In this document: piece by piece, positions 34,704 to 55,898 of the stretch
Layout of the letters: each line of letters opens with the position of its first letter
How positions within the stretch are numbered: position 1 is the first letter of the stretch
NCBI GenBank assembly: GCA_039096225.1
Contig: JBBPEB010000009.1
Span: 62,001-126,000 of the forward strand
Length of the DNA: 64,000 bases
Origin: Blastocystis sp. Blastoise
Lineage: Eukaryota > Protista > Bigyra: Opalinata
Reading direction: 5' to 3'
Notes under the pieces: model-generated
Seen by the model: only the letters and a program-made list of their open reading frames with translations
Databases searched by the model: none
Told to the model about the DNA's origin: nothing
Translations under genes and position numbers: made by a program

Positions 34704-37700
34704 CTAATAAAGACGATCTCCTTTCCTCTTCTGACAGACCGAGACGACGGAGTGATCGTCACCACTGTGTAAATTAGTTAAATAAGAATTATATAAGTCT
34801 TTCATAGCTACATTACCTGCTGACCACTGAATACGCCAATTTAAAGCATATTTGGAACTATATTCATATATATAGAGAGAAAAGAATAGAATTGATGTTT
34901 AAGAAAAATATTTAATATTATATATATATAAAGAAGAAGAAAATATATATTTTATGAAAAATATTTAATATTATATATATATAGAGAGAGAAGAAGAATA
35001 GAATTGATGTTTTAAGAAAATATTTAATATTATATATATATACTCAGGATGAGGAATATCAATAGCATAAGATTGAGAGAGAACAGCGAATTTATATCCA
35101 CTATATCGTAATGTTTCTATCCATTGCACTTTATTATAACCATAATTAATAAATCGAGGATCGAAATAAGGCATTGTAGGGGTCTTCTTTAAAGCTACAT
35201 ATCTATATTTATTATGATAGATATTATGATATAATATAATATAATATAATATATATATAATTACGGTTCTTGCCCAATATTGGGGAAACATTCTACGGGA
35301 GTAACAGAGATATTACTGGGGACATCTTTCCACCCTTTAAAGTAATAATCCTATATATATATAGTAACAGGAGTAGATAGAAAGATAAGAGTAATATATA
35401 GGATAGAAACTAGAACAATAGAACAGGAAATAGTTCATATATTAAAAGAACATATATATATATATACATGAGTATGTGTATCGTGTCGAAAAGGTGAACA
35501 GTTCCCGCGTCTTAAGCATTGAGCTAATTCTGCTTTATTCGTGGGAAATTCATTTTTTACCCTAAATGATGAAATACAGTTATATATAGTAATAGCAATT
35601 GTATATAAATAATAATCATATATATATAATAATAATCATATATATATATATACAATAAAGCACATGTAAGAACGGATAGACATCCGTTAATAGTGAAATA
35701 ATGCTTATATGAAAAAGCGGGAACAATAATAGCTAATTTATCATCTTGAAGTAACTCCATCGGCAGACCCACTAATGTATCATATAAATCCCCTATATAT
35801 ATAATAATAATAATTACAAGCGTTTCACGACTGGCTACGCCAGCCTACGCTTGAATCTAAATAAACATAAAAAAATAATTTGTAAAAAGACTATCTTTTC
35901 ATTATATAAAAATTATTTATTTCAAATTTTGTTTTGTTTTATTAATATTATCAATAATGGTTTCATATTTTATTAATATTATCAATAATTGTTTCATAAA
36001 AAGAAAATTAAAAAATAAAAATTAACTATATATAAAATAAAGATTACATTCTATTTCATTAGTAAATATATTTAAATACTTAAAAAACTATAGTATTGTT
36101 TATAAAATAGAGTTTACACAACAAATAAGTTATCATAAAAAAACTCTAAAAAACTATAACATTTTGAAATACATATACTTACTTTTATTAAAACGAATTT
36201 TATATTAATATACATATATATTTGATTTATTATTTTAATTTATAAAAAGTAACTTGAATTTCATTTGTTTAAAGTCACAATTACAAAAAAATGAGTTCTT
36301 TTGAAAGATAAAAAACATTCTTTAAACAATAATATTTTTGTATTTAGTGACAAAAAAACGTATTATACTGTTTTAGAAACAATTAAAATCTTTTTACCCA
36401 TTTTAACATTCCTATCAAACAGTCAACCACATTTAATTAAATTAATTTTTAATATTTTATATTCTATAATAGGTCTATTTATTATTTTTATAAAAAGTGA
36501 CTTGAATCTCTTGACTTAACTATTGTAATTCTAAAAAAATATTTTTTTGAACAACTTAAATTATTTATTTATTGTAAATTTTAATATAAAACACTCATAA
36601 AACACTCTATACATACTTGTTACAACCATTTTAAAAAATTGACTCATTTTAACATTTTGGTCAAACACACAACCACCTTTATTTCAAACAATTCTTTTAT
36701 TATTATAAACATTAAACACTCTAATACTCATTTTTATAAAAAGTGTATTGAATCTCTTGACTTAAGACAGTCAAACAGACAATTCAAAATTATTTTACCC
36801 TTTAAATTCATTATAGAGTGATAATATTTTCAGAATTGTCCTAATATGTGATTTAGGACACATTTAACTACTTTTTACAAAATTATGAGCCAACATATTT
36901 GCATATACTATTCACTCGTCTAACCCAATTTTGACCATTTTTTTGAGAAATGCAATACATATAAGGTTTAGTTTTCAAAAATGTAAAAATTAATTGTCAA
37001 ATATGAATTTGATTTGTCAACTTTCGGAAAATTTTTAGAAAAATGATTTTTCAATTTTCAGTTTTTTAACATGTTATACTATTGACTCTATTGAACTCAT
37101 TTTTTAATTAATCTCAAATATTAAATATTATATTATTAATACGTTTTATTCTCTATATTTATTTGTTATAATTATATAAAATAATTAAATATTGACTGAG
37201 AAATTAATGTTATAAAGTATACCCTTTTTCCAAAAATTAATTTTTTTATGTTTTGCATATATAATTTTTTTCTCAAAAGTTATTTTATATTTAGATATTA
37301 ATTTTATAAATATATAAACTATATGTTATCTAGTTTATAGATAAGTTTTATTTATTTTTTAAAAATAAATATTGATGGAGAAATTGTCAAAACAAACTAT
37401 AGTATCAAAAATGTTTTCTTTTTTTAAACGATTTATTTCACTAATTAAAGACAATTAAAAACAAATTTATTTATTTAAAGCTTATTTATAACATTTTATA
37501 CTCATAGTGACTCATAACTAACTTTTTAAAGCAAACATTGTCAGTATCAGTTCAACATGTTGTCTTAACTTTTGTAAATGAGTGATATATAGTGTCCACG
37601 AATGATTCTAAACACGAATTGAAACGTTTTAATAGTTTATTGAGTTAACATTGTCTGGTGATCTGTTGTCAAAGTCCTTTAAAAACAAAATAAAATTCTA

Positions 37701-39516
37701 AAATATGTTTATTTTGATATGTAGTTTTTGAATATAAAGTCTAATATCAAATATATTTATTATTGATGAAATTATGAACAAAAAACAAATAAAAAATTTT
37801 TGAGAAAAATTTCGAACGTCATTTTTTTATTGAGTTCAACTATAGTCTCCTGTGACTTCATTTTTTAATATTTTGAAAAAATGACAAAAATGGATGACAT
37901 TTAGGTCGTCCTATATCTAAATAAGCTTTAACTTTATTATTTTATAAAATATTGACTGAGATCTAGTGATCACAAAATATACCATTTTTTGAAAATTTTC
38001 ATTTTTATGTTTTTAATTAAAATTAATATATCTCGGTCAATATTAGATATTTAATAAAAATATAAAAAACGGATGACATTTAGGTTGTCTAATATCTAAA
38101 TATGTTTTTACTTGTATTATATGTTGAATATTGACTGAGATCTGATGATAACAAAATTGGGTATCAAAGAAGAAAAATTTTTAAAAGCAAATATTTCTCT
38201 TTTAAAAAGTATATGACAAATATAAAACATATTCATGACGGATATAGAGTTAAATAAATACAAAACAGTTCAATTAAGTTTATAAAGAAGGAATGTGTCG
38301 GATATCAGTTTGTCTTTTGTCGTTATTTAAAGAAATTATTGCTATTTCAGAGTAGTCAAAGTCATTTAAATTACGAATGTAATCATTTTAGAGTTTAAAG
38401 TTAGTAATGTGTATATTGATATGTTGTCAAGTCATAAATATAAACAAATTTACCCGTCAAAACTATTTATAAGACCAACCCGTCAATAAAAGTCAATTTT
38501 ATAAAAATAAATATAAAGTATGTGAAGAGATATAGAAAAAATAAGAAAACAATAAAAAATGAAAAACAAAAAATAAATGTTTTTATAAAAATGAAGAATA
38601 TTGGATAAAATAAAAATAATCCAATAATTTTGGTTAAAATTTTGTGCGAAAATGGTTTTTTGCGTTTTTTAGCCAGAAATTTAGAGTTTTTGAAAAATTT
38701 CTTTAACAGTCATTTTTAGAATTGTATTCCGGTTTTTATGATGTTATTTTTATTTGATAAAAGTTAATAACAAAGTCAATAATAGTGAAAGTGTGTGAGA
38801 CACCGTACGCTACATGAACTAAATTAAGGATATTAATAATAAATATAACAATAATAATAACTTGAGACATCAATTAAAACATATATATATATACAATTAG
38901 GCCACATATCCATATCAGCAACCCAGAAATGAGATGTTTCAATAGATTCAATAGCGATATTTCTTAGGAGATTTATCGGATAATCTTCTGTTTTAGCAAT
39001 ATGAACAATAACTTTAACACGAGAGGGTAATGATAACTTGGTAAGAATATATTCAATTTCTTTTTTCTTCTCTGTCGGACAATAAACCGCAATCGACAAA
39101 GGACTATAAAAACATATATATTAAATACGTAAATCAAGCATAGATATACCCAGACCATCTTTCAATCGTATATTCTAAATAGAAAAGTCTTTCAGAACTA
39201 TATATAAAGTAAGAAAAGAAAATCAATAAAAAAAAATACGATGACTGAGAAATAAGCGTAAAATCGAAATTGGTATATGAGCTATGAACTGTATATGTTG
39301 ATGCCATAGCAGTAGTCTATAAAATAGAATCAGATATAATAATGACCTATATACAATTGCAGTAATAAGGCCCGATACACCATCATCCCCACCTCGTGGA
39401 ATTCTATATAATAATTGTAAAAAAAAAGAAAAAAAATTATCATACGTATAATACACATTTACAACAGTAATGCCCAAACAAAATATTAATAGAAAGATAA
39501 GACTCCAGTTCCTCAT
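34704..39516 (-). CDS. LARGE/GT49-like glycosyltransferase, paralog C (one intron enlarged to about 3.1 kb)
   Basis: YPINLLRNIA, HFWVADMDMWPN|WDLYDTL across intron 35793-38894, FDPRFINYGYNKVQWI; stop TAG 34704-34706. Confidence 0.85.
35817..38830 (-). mobile_element. Non-autonomous Helitron-like insertion in the intron of GT49 paralog C
   Basis: Minus strand begins A|TCCTTAAT, ends with GC hairpin GGCTGGCGTAGCCAGTC then CTTG|T; no target-site duplication; removal leaves an ordinary 88-nt intron; no coding capacity seen. Confidence 0.65.
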
Positions 39517-40812
39517 AATCTAAATATCTTTAGGTAATCTTAACCTAGAAATAAAAAGCACAAAAAATGAGAAAAATACAAGTCTTTCCTTACACTTGTC
39601 CTTTTATTTTTACTTTTAGTTCGTCTTTTTTTAGATCCTCATGGGAAAATAAATATTCTCACTTTAAAATATACACTTTACCATGAAACAAATGATGATG
39701 ACGACATATTGAATGTTTTTAAATGAATCACTTTAATTTCCACGATTATTGGGAAGAAATAAAGGTGAATCTGTCAAACTTTTAAAAACATCGTAAATTG
39801 GCCAATCATTTTCATTATTGAAAGAATACAATAATGAGAAGCAGATTTTCCGATTCTTTTCTTTTTGGATTTATTCTTTTAATACATATTGTTTTTTATT
39901 ATTAATTGTTCAGAATCAATCAGATTACTCTACTTATTGCATATACTTTTCAATTTGACTTTTCTAACCATTCATTAACATATAAATAACATTATAAATT
40001 TTTGACGAATTTTTCCAAAAATAAAATTATTCTCTGTCGCCAGTTTTTAAGAAATTTAATTGGCCAGAGAGAATGGCCAAATGCATGAATATCAGCATAG
40101 TCCAATGAAAAGACTCTGTTGGAGTTCAAATAGTCCAAAAAGCCCATAATTTTAGTCGAGTTTAGGACTCTTAAGGAGTAGTAAAATACTTTCTTAGAAT
40201 ACACACCTTGATATAAGTACTGTTTAACAAGAACCGATGCATCTCATTTTTTTTATACTTTTATAAAGGTTATAATTTATTTTGAAGTTTGTTTATATCT
40301 TTTCTTGCATGTACAACGTATGTATAACTTTTCTCATAGCTGAAAATAATTATTTATTTTTTTTTTGTGATTGACATGTTCGTGATATAACCCTAATGGA
40401 TTTATATTCATTTCTCCGTTGTTCATAGAGTAGTTTTCTTTATAATGAGATCAATTATGAATTCTAATTCTTATTACAAAGGAAGGATTATCGATTTTGT
40501 ATTTCTTTTGATGTCTCTAACTATCTGAATTTCGTATTATCGTCTCTGTAAGTATATAGGAGATATCTGAATTGAAAGAAGAAACGTTTAGTTAATGAAA
40601 TCATATTCTTTACAATCCAAGATAATTAACTGTCACAATATCTGCTTTATTTTTGCATTAAATAATTATTTTAAAAACAAAATTGAAATAGCATCATTTG
40701 CTTAAATTTATAAGTTTATTAAAGAGATAAAAGATCATTTTCTTTTGAAAATAAATATATTTATATATATTAATGATTTGGTTTCCTATCTTTTCTTAAC
40801 TAATTTTACTTT

Positions 40813-41109
40813 TTATAATTTTTTTTCAATATCCAAAAATGATGATTCCGTATTTTTAAATCTATATACGATAATTATTATTAGTATATATTTGTTATTG
40901 TTATTATTAGTATATTTATGATCGTTATAATACTATTATATGTATATAATTATAATTATATCCTTCATATATTATTATTATATTATATACATATGTATTC
41001 CCACAAATAATATAGATATAAATATAAATATACGCCTGATCAAAGCAAACAGAAGTATCAATATAATAAGTTGGATACTATATATATATAATTATAGAGT
41101 AGAAAAAAG

Positions 41110-41146
<37 letters not shown>

Positions 41147-42074
41147 TTGTTTCTTCAATATATCAATGACTGGTTTTGTATCTCTCTCATAACTTTCAAA
41201 TCGATGTTTCAAAGAGTCTATATTATCATCTGTCCTTTTACTATATATATATATATAATCCTAAGAATCCTTAAGATAAGTAATAAGAATATATTCATAT
41301 AAAAAACATTATAATATACCTTTGTTTTCCTCGTTGAATAATTCTGTTTTCCAAATCTTTCAAATTAGATTCAAACACAAAAACACCAACAAGTCGTGTC
41401 GAATCATTCATTCTATCAAACCAAGACTATATATTATTATTATTATTTATATTATTTATTATATTTATTATTATATATTATTTATTATTATTATATTTAT
41501 TATATTTATTATTATTATATTTATTATATTTATTATTATTATTTATTATATTTATTATTATTATTATATTTATTACATTTATTATTATTATTATTATATT
41601 TATTATTATTATTATAATATAAAATAATTATACATTAAAAAATAAAACATTATATATCTAAAACAATAATAAATTTCAAACATATACTTTATAATTATCC
41701 ATATTTCTTGGATATCCATCTAATAGAGTTAACTTGGAATTATTTTTTTGTATTTCTTTCTTTATTAAATCAAGTGTGATATAAGCGGGAAGAATTTGAC
41801 CTTTTTTTATAGTTTCATCAATTAATTTCGAATTCGGATCATTCTCTACTATAGCTTTTCGAAGTAATTCACCAGCAGATATATGTAATAAGTTATATTT
41901 TTCAGATAACTTCTTACTATGTGTTCCTTTACCAGATCCAGGAAGCCCTAATATGAAAACAACCTAAATTCTTATTAATCATGAAAAATATATATATACA
42001 TTAGATTTTGACACTGTGGATGAGAGTAATCGTCGACCATCAACAGCTAAAGCACTCTTAATAATAATATTCAT
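40813..42074 (-). CDS. UMP-CMP kinase / adenylate kinase family with possible mitochondrial presequence (6 exons)
   Basis: VVFILGLPGSGKGT P-loop, HISAGELLR, LLDGYPRN, RTDDNIDSLKHRF. Confidence 0.88.
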
Positions 42075-42214
42075 TTAATAACAACCAAAAGAACGAACTA
42101 CAACCAAATAAATTATTTCCAGAATTATTCTCCATAGTTTAACTAGAAATTTCAAATAACAACAAAACAAAGTGCAAATCACTTTTTCATATTCTATTTC
42201 AATTACCCTGCTTA

Positions 42215-42403
42215 ATGCCTCGTTTTTACTGTGATTACTGTGGTACATATCTTACTCACGACAATTATCGTGCCAGAAAAGAACATATTTATGGATGGAA
42301 ACATCGTGAAGCTGTCAAAAAACATTATTTAGAACTAATTGAAAAAGAACAAAAGAAACAAGGTATCATCAGTGCCAGAGATGAAGCCTTCTTAGCAAAG
42401 TAA
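42215..42403 (+). CDS. SNRPC: U1 snRNP protein C (zinc finger); 3' end uncertain
   Basis: [16 protein letters not shown]...RKEH..GWKHRE U1-type zinc finger; the TAA overlaps a possible GTAAAC donor. Confidence 0.85.
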   Translation: MPRFYCDYCGTYLTHDNYRARKEHIYGWKHREAVKKHYLELIEKEQKKQGIISARDEAFLAK

Positions 42404-42662
42404 ACATATATTTTGTATATCTACTATATCATTGGTCACATTCCTTGTTTTTCACTAATATATTTATTTTTCATTCATTATATATGTATGTTCTATTAAA
42501 TTCAAATAGTATTCGTTATGTTTTTATTCGTGTTTATTCTTTTATTCAATTTTATTTTTACAAACACCTAATTCACTATTATTTTGTTAAATTAATCAAC
42601 AGAATCAATATAACAAAACAAAAGATTTTTTTTTTTTGAGTAACCATGTTAATAAATTAATT

Positions 42663-43466
42663 TTATAATTCATGGTTATTCTTCAACTCATTATATAAAA
42701 GTAAAGACGATAATGTTTTTGCATCAGGAGACAGTCTCCATACTTCATTGAGTTTCACAACCTGTACAGTAATATATTCACCAGAAGTCTCAACACCAGT
42801 ACATCTACCTTGATAATCACGTAATTCTTCAGGACTTACTTCTTTCTCATATAAAAATAAACGTAAATATTCATCATTACCACCAGGAGTTGAATATACA
42901 CCAGGAGAAGTATTTTTATAAGCTAAAGCAGTCATATCCACTAAATCCTTCTCCTGAATAACAAGACCAACTTCTTCTTTTAATTCATTACTTGCAACAC
43001 CACTAAAACATTCACCATCAAAGGTACCTGCAGGAATTTCTGGAAAGTTTGATCTTCCTGTAGGAACTCTTGCTTGTCGAGTCAGTATCGTATATTGTTC
43101 TTCACCACAATGAAGTATAATTAAAATTCCAACAGAAGGACCTCTCATAAATACAATACCTGGAATCGTTCTACTATTTGGTATATCTTTTCTATATACT
43201 GTAGACTTGAATTTAATAAAACCAACTCGACCAGATCCAAAGATATCTACAGATTGAATATGAACATTTCGCACATCTAATTCCTCATCTAATGTACTAT
43301 ACCAATTAATAAAATTTGGAGAATTTATAGCATCTTGAATGGAAACGCCTGGCTCACCTGTCACAGGAACTTGTATATTATGAATATTTATAAATGTAGA
43401 CATTGATCGATAGCAGATATTTATAGTATTGTTTAAAAATATGAACTTTTTCAATAAACTATTCAT
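42663..43466 (-). CDS. Nudix hydrolase, ADP-sugar diphosphatase (NUDT14-like), intronless
   Basis: IQSVDIFGSGRVGFIKF, PGIVFMRGPSV, QARVP, EIPAG...ELKEEVGL, GEYI, DAKTL. Confidence 0.88.
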   Translation of the reverse strand: MNSLLKKFIFLNNTINICYRSMSTFINIHNIQVPVTGEPGVSIQDAINSPNFINWYSTLDEELDVRNVHIQSVDIFGSGRVGFIKFKSTVYRKDIPNSRTIPGIVFMRGPSVGILIILHCGEEQYTILTRQARVPTGRSNFPEIPAGTFDGECFSGVASNELKEEVGLVIQEKDLVDMTALAYKNTSPGVYSTPGGNDEYLRLFLYEKEVSPEELRDYQGRCTGVETSGEYITVQVVKLNEVWRLSPDAKTLSSLLLYNELKNNHEL

Positions 43467-43848
43467 GAAAAAAAAGAAAAATAATTTTTATAAAGATTCA
43501 TCGTCTATTGTAAACCGATATTATGATCTTATAATTTTTATAAAAATGCTGTTTAGATTACTTAAAGGATCAAGCTATGAAAACACACTGCTTTCTCTTA
43601 TTAATCTGAATAGTATTGTTTGTCAGATGCACATTTGTTATGTTATTGTTTACATTTATGCAATCAATTATATTCTAAAACTAGAAGTAATGAGCTCTAC
43701 AAAAAAAGATGGATTCAGTTAAAACGAAAAAAGTTAAACATCTAATAAATCAAAACAATTAAGAAAAAGAATAAAATTTTTTAGAAGAAAAAAAAAGGAA
43801 AAGTTAATTTTTATATTTAAAATATTGAATAGGTTATGAAAGAAGACG

Positions 43849-49215
<5,367 letters not shown>

Positions 49216-49479
49216 CTTATTTTCTGAAATAGATGAACTAATAACAGATGGAAATAAAAATTGTTCTCAAAAACAAACCGCTCTTTTTTCCCTCTTCTTT
49301 GATTTTTTGTTTTTGTTTTTGTTTAATTTTTCATTTAAAATAAATTAAATACTCCATATATGTAGCTTATACTAAAATACACGTCGTTCTGAATAGGATA
49401 AAAATAAAATTCAACAAAAAAAAAGATAGACTCAACATTGAAAAAAAATATATTTGCTTGAAACTGAGAAAAGGTGATA

Positions 49480-51941
<2,462 letters not shown>

Positions 51942-52634
51942 TTTATATAATTTAATGACCAAAAAACAAAAACAATAATTTATTAAAAAAAAGAACTGAT
52001 TCTTTTTACTTTTTAAGTCAATAAAAACATTTTATTTCCAAAATATTGCTTTAAAAACAATGTATTAGTCATGAGGATCTCACAAAGAATATATATATAT
52101 ATATAGTGTCTAATGATTTCTTTTCAATGATGTTTCAATGAACTGTAAACAGTACGTATAAATGAAAATAATTTTAGATGTAGATGATTATAATAAACCA
52201 AGTGTATTTAGCCATCAATTTATATATTTTTTATAATAAAATGAGCAAATTATTAAAAAATTATTAAAAAATGTAAAGATAGATAAAAGAAAGCCTTCAT
52301 AGAATAAAAGAAAATATATATATAATATATAACAGTAACTGAATAAGAGAATATAGTAACTGTTGAAAAGATTATGAAATAATATAGAATAGAGAATAGT
52401 AATAAAGATGTATAAATAAAAACAGTATCCAAAGAAATAATGTAATGAATATAATAATAAGTAATTGAGAAAAATGAAAAAAAAAATGAAAATATCTTTT
52501 TGGATACATCAACGAGTTTTAATAGTATTATATGCATGAATAAGAATAGAAACAATAATATAACATTATAAAATAGAGTAATAAAAAAAATAGAGAATAA
52601 GTATATTTGTTAATAAGTAAGTATAGAAACAATA

Positions 52635-54713
52635 TTATTCAATATAAGCATCTAGTACATGTTTGACAGAGGTGAAGGGTGTATATAGATTATGATTATT
52701 ATCACTAGAACAAAGAATAGAATGATAATTCATGTCATTCAACATACTTACTATATATCCATTAAGATTATTTCTTTGTAAATGACTGGATAATCCTGAT
52801 TTTTCATCCAATAATTCGATTATAATAGTCCCCTTAGGAGCAAATAGTGCATAATTCATATCAGGAGTATGTGTTCCTATAACGTATTTAATAGATGACC
52901 AGAAATCAATAACATTGGAGAGAAGTTGAAATTCTTCATTGTCAAAAACAATAAAAGGAATATGTTTATAATCAAAGAATAACTTTAGATTCTGAATCAT
53001 AGTATCTTCATTACTAAGTTTAATGTTATAAGAAGAAGAAGTACGAATATAAGTAGCATATTGAGGAGAAGAAGTAGTTTGAAAATAAGGTAATTTCATC
53101 ATATATAATGCATGTTGTATTAAGTAAGGATTAATTGTAGGTATATCACAGAGTCGATGAACTTCTTTAAAGGAATAATATACAGACTCAATTGTATCCA
53201 TATCTATAGAATGAATGTTCTCTTTAGGAATTCCAAATCGATTAATTAAATCTATTTCATAATCTTCATAATGACTCATCTTCTGTTTATATACATGTAT
53301 ATCTGAAAGAGATAATAAACGTTCAAATTGAACCATATGAATCAAGATATTCACGGTAATTGACGATCTATCACTTTGTCTAGGTGGATATATAAAGAGG
53401 ATTGTTCCATTAAGAGAAGAAGAAGATACTTCTTTTTTCATATTATTTTGAGCAGCATCCGGATTACAAACTTCGAAGAATCGAAGAATACAGGATTTCT
53501 GAACAGCTTCTGTAGCTTCTAAGAGCTCTGAATTTGCCATGATCACAGAATCACGGGGATCTCCACATAAATGAGGAATTTCATTACATTTCCATGATGC
53601 GAACTTATTTACATATAAAAACGGATTTGAACACATATTCGCATTTGGACAGTCTTTATTCAAACGTAATTGATCTTTATAAGCATAACTTGATATAAAT
53701 TGTTGAATATAAGTACCATTATAGACATTTAAAGGAGGGATCATAATATAAGAAGGATAATTAATAGTAATTGTATCATAATAAGAATTAATGGTAATTG
53801 AAATAAACTTTGGAGACTCTTTACAACATACATTTAAAGATTCATTACGTGTTGCTATAGATGGAGTAATATTCATTTGAGGGTAAATATGGTCAGAAAG
53901 AGGTAATATAGAAGTAAAAGTCAAAGAAGAAGGAGCTATTTCTTCAATATATTTCGGTTGTTTTACCATTTTCTTGGATAGACTCTCTGTATGAGATAAT
54001 CTCAATTTATATGCATTTAATTCTTGTTTATTACCAGTAGATGAAGTATGTTTTTTACCATATTTCTGGAAATAGGGACGTTTCACTGATTTCTTAGGAA
54101 CAGGGTGTTGACTCATACTTTCTGGAGTTAGTCCCTTAAGAAGAGACTCTAAATCATTAATATTTGTATCAGGAATAATATCACGAGATAAATCGTCAGC
54201 TTCTAGAAAAGATAAAAGATATAAACAATAATAATAAACATAATACATGAAATAATCTTATTAATTAATATAAAAGATATAAACAATAATAATAATAGAT
54301 ATGATACATGAAATATTTTTAACAATTAATTAATATAAAAAAAAAACAAATAATAATAATAAAAACATGATACATGAAGTATTTTTAACAATGAATATAA
54401 AAGACAAAAAACAAATAATAATAATAATAAACATGACACATGAAATATTTTTTACAACTAATACTGAAATAAGAATCATATAAGCCGTGCATAAGATATA
54501 TATACTCTTTGTAGGCTTGAATAAGTTTTGGAATTGCCAATAATTCTCATTAGTTTCTTGAAACACCGTAAGCTTTGCAAAATGTGATATCATCCATATC
54601 CAAAGAATAGCAGCTGCAATGAGTACATATTTGAAAGCAGGATGGTTATAAAAACGTCGGCTTTTAATTGTACCTACATGAGAATTATTGCTATTATAAT
54701 ATTGTTTCTTCAT
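52635..54713 (-). CDS. GT61 (DUF563)-like glycosyltransferase, type II membrane protein, 2 exons
   Basis: N-terminal TM YVLIAAAILWIWMI; C-terminal VIGTHTPDMNYALFAPKGTIIIEL resembles the GT61 IG.HGAG..N.LF.P.G..VIE motif. Confidence 0.62.
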
Positions 54714-55898
54714 GTTTTAGTATAAAGAAGTGATTCTGCAAACAATCTCTTATTCAATAATAAGACTCTCGGCGAGTTTGTAGAATATTTTCAATTAATG
54801 AAGCTATTCTAAAAAATATGATATAACCATAAGATTTTCTTTTTTTTGACTTGATTTTCTTTTTCTGTATTTTATTTTATTAAACACTCATCATCGATCT
54901 ATTATTGATGTTTATTTTACATATTATGAGATGTGCAAAGTTTTTGAATGCCATTTATGTGAGATCATAATGAATACTATGTAACTAAAATCAATGTTCA
55001 TCATTTTATTTTGTTTTATTCAGAAATATCATTTGCTTCTCTTATATACGTAATGTCACATATAATTTTAGTCTTTACTAGGTTTTATCTATACAATTCA
55101 TTCTTTAAATGTTTTTCATCAACTTAGAATCATTTATTTTTTCAGGTCATACAAGTAGTGTTTTTTACACAAATTGTTTCTTATTTTTTAAAAGCTACCT
55201 TCAAAATAATGACCAAAATGTTTTTCTTTTAAATTTCTTAATGTTCAATATAGATTCAATATAAAAATTAATAGATGTATAAGTGAATACAAATTTAAGG
55301 CATAAGAAAATTTAGTAAGTAAAAGAAAAATAATTGTTTACACAAAGAGTTTTCAATGAATGTTTTCTATAAGATATAATATACCTGCAAGATCTAATTT
55401 TAAAAATAATTTTTAGTAGTTCAATGTGAAGACATCAATTTTCATAAATATAGACTATACTAAGAAATATATCTTGATAAACATAATTAAAAACAGAAGT
55501 AATGTTTGGAAAGGAATAGTGCATTTGCTTCATGTTATGAATAAAAACAGGGTTCGCCATTGGTTATTCAGGGAAAGGAGCCTACCCAAGAAGAATTTTG
55601 TTGTACGGCTGGAGCCCATAAAAATACCCAAGAAACTGGCTCTTTTTTAAAATTTGTATCCCAAGAGAATTTTCACGACGAACTATAAATGGAATTATTC
55701 TAAAAGAATGATTTTTGGAGAATGTTAAGAACACAAATAACTTTCATTAGAATAGGGTCATTATTAGGTTGTATAATTCAAAAAGCGACCTAAAACGAAT
55801 AATGATTTCCCTTGTTTATTTCCAGAAAAAGAAGGAAAACAAGGATAATTGTTTTAAATTCCATATTATTCTACTATATATCAATATTTTAATTTATT

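Noticed and set aside
42663-43466. Intronless Nudix gene as a recent horizontal transfer or retrocopy
   Set aside because: Composition matches the host, the family is present in other eukaryotes, other long exons exist here, and no poly(A) or TSD remnant is visible.
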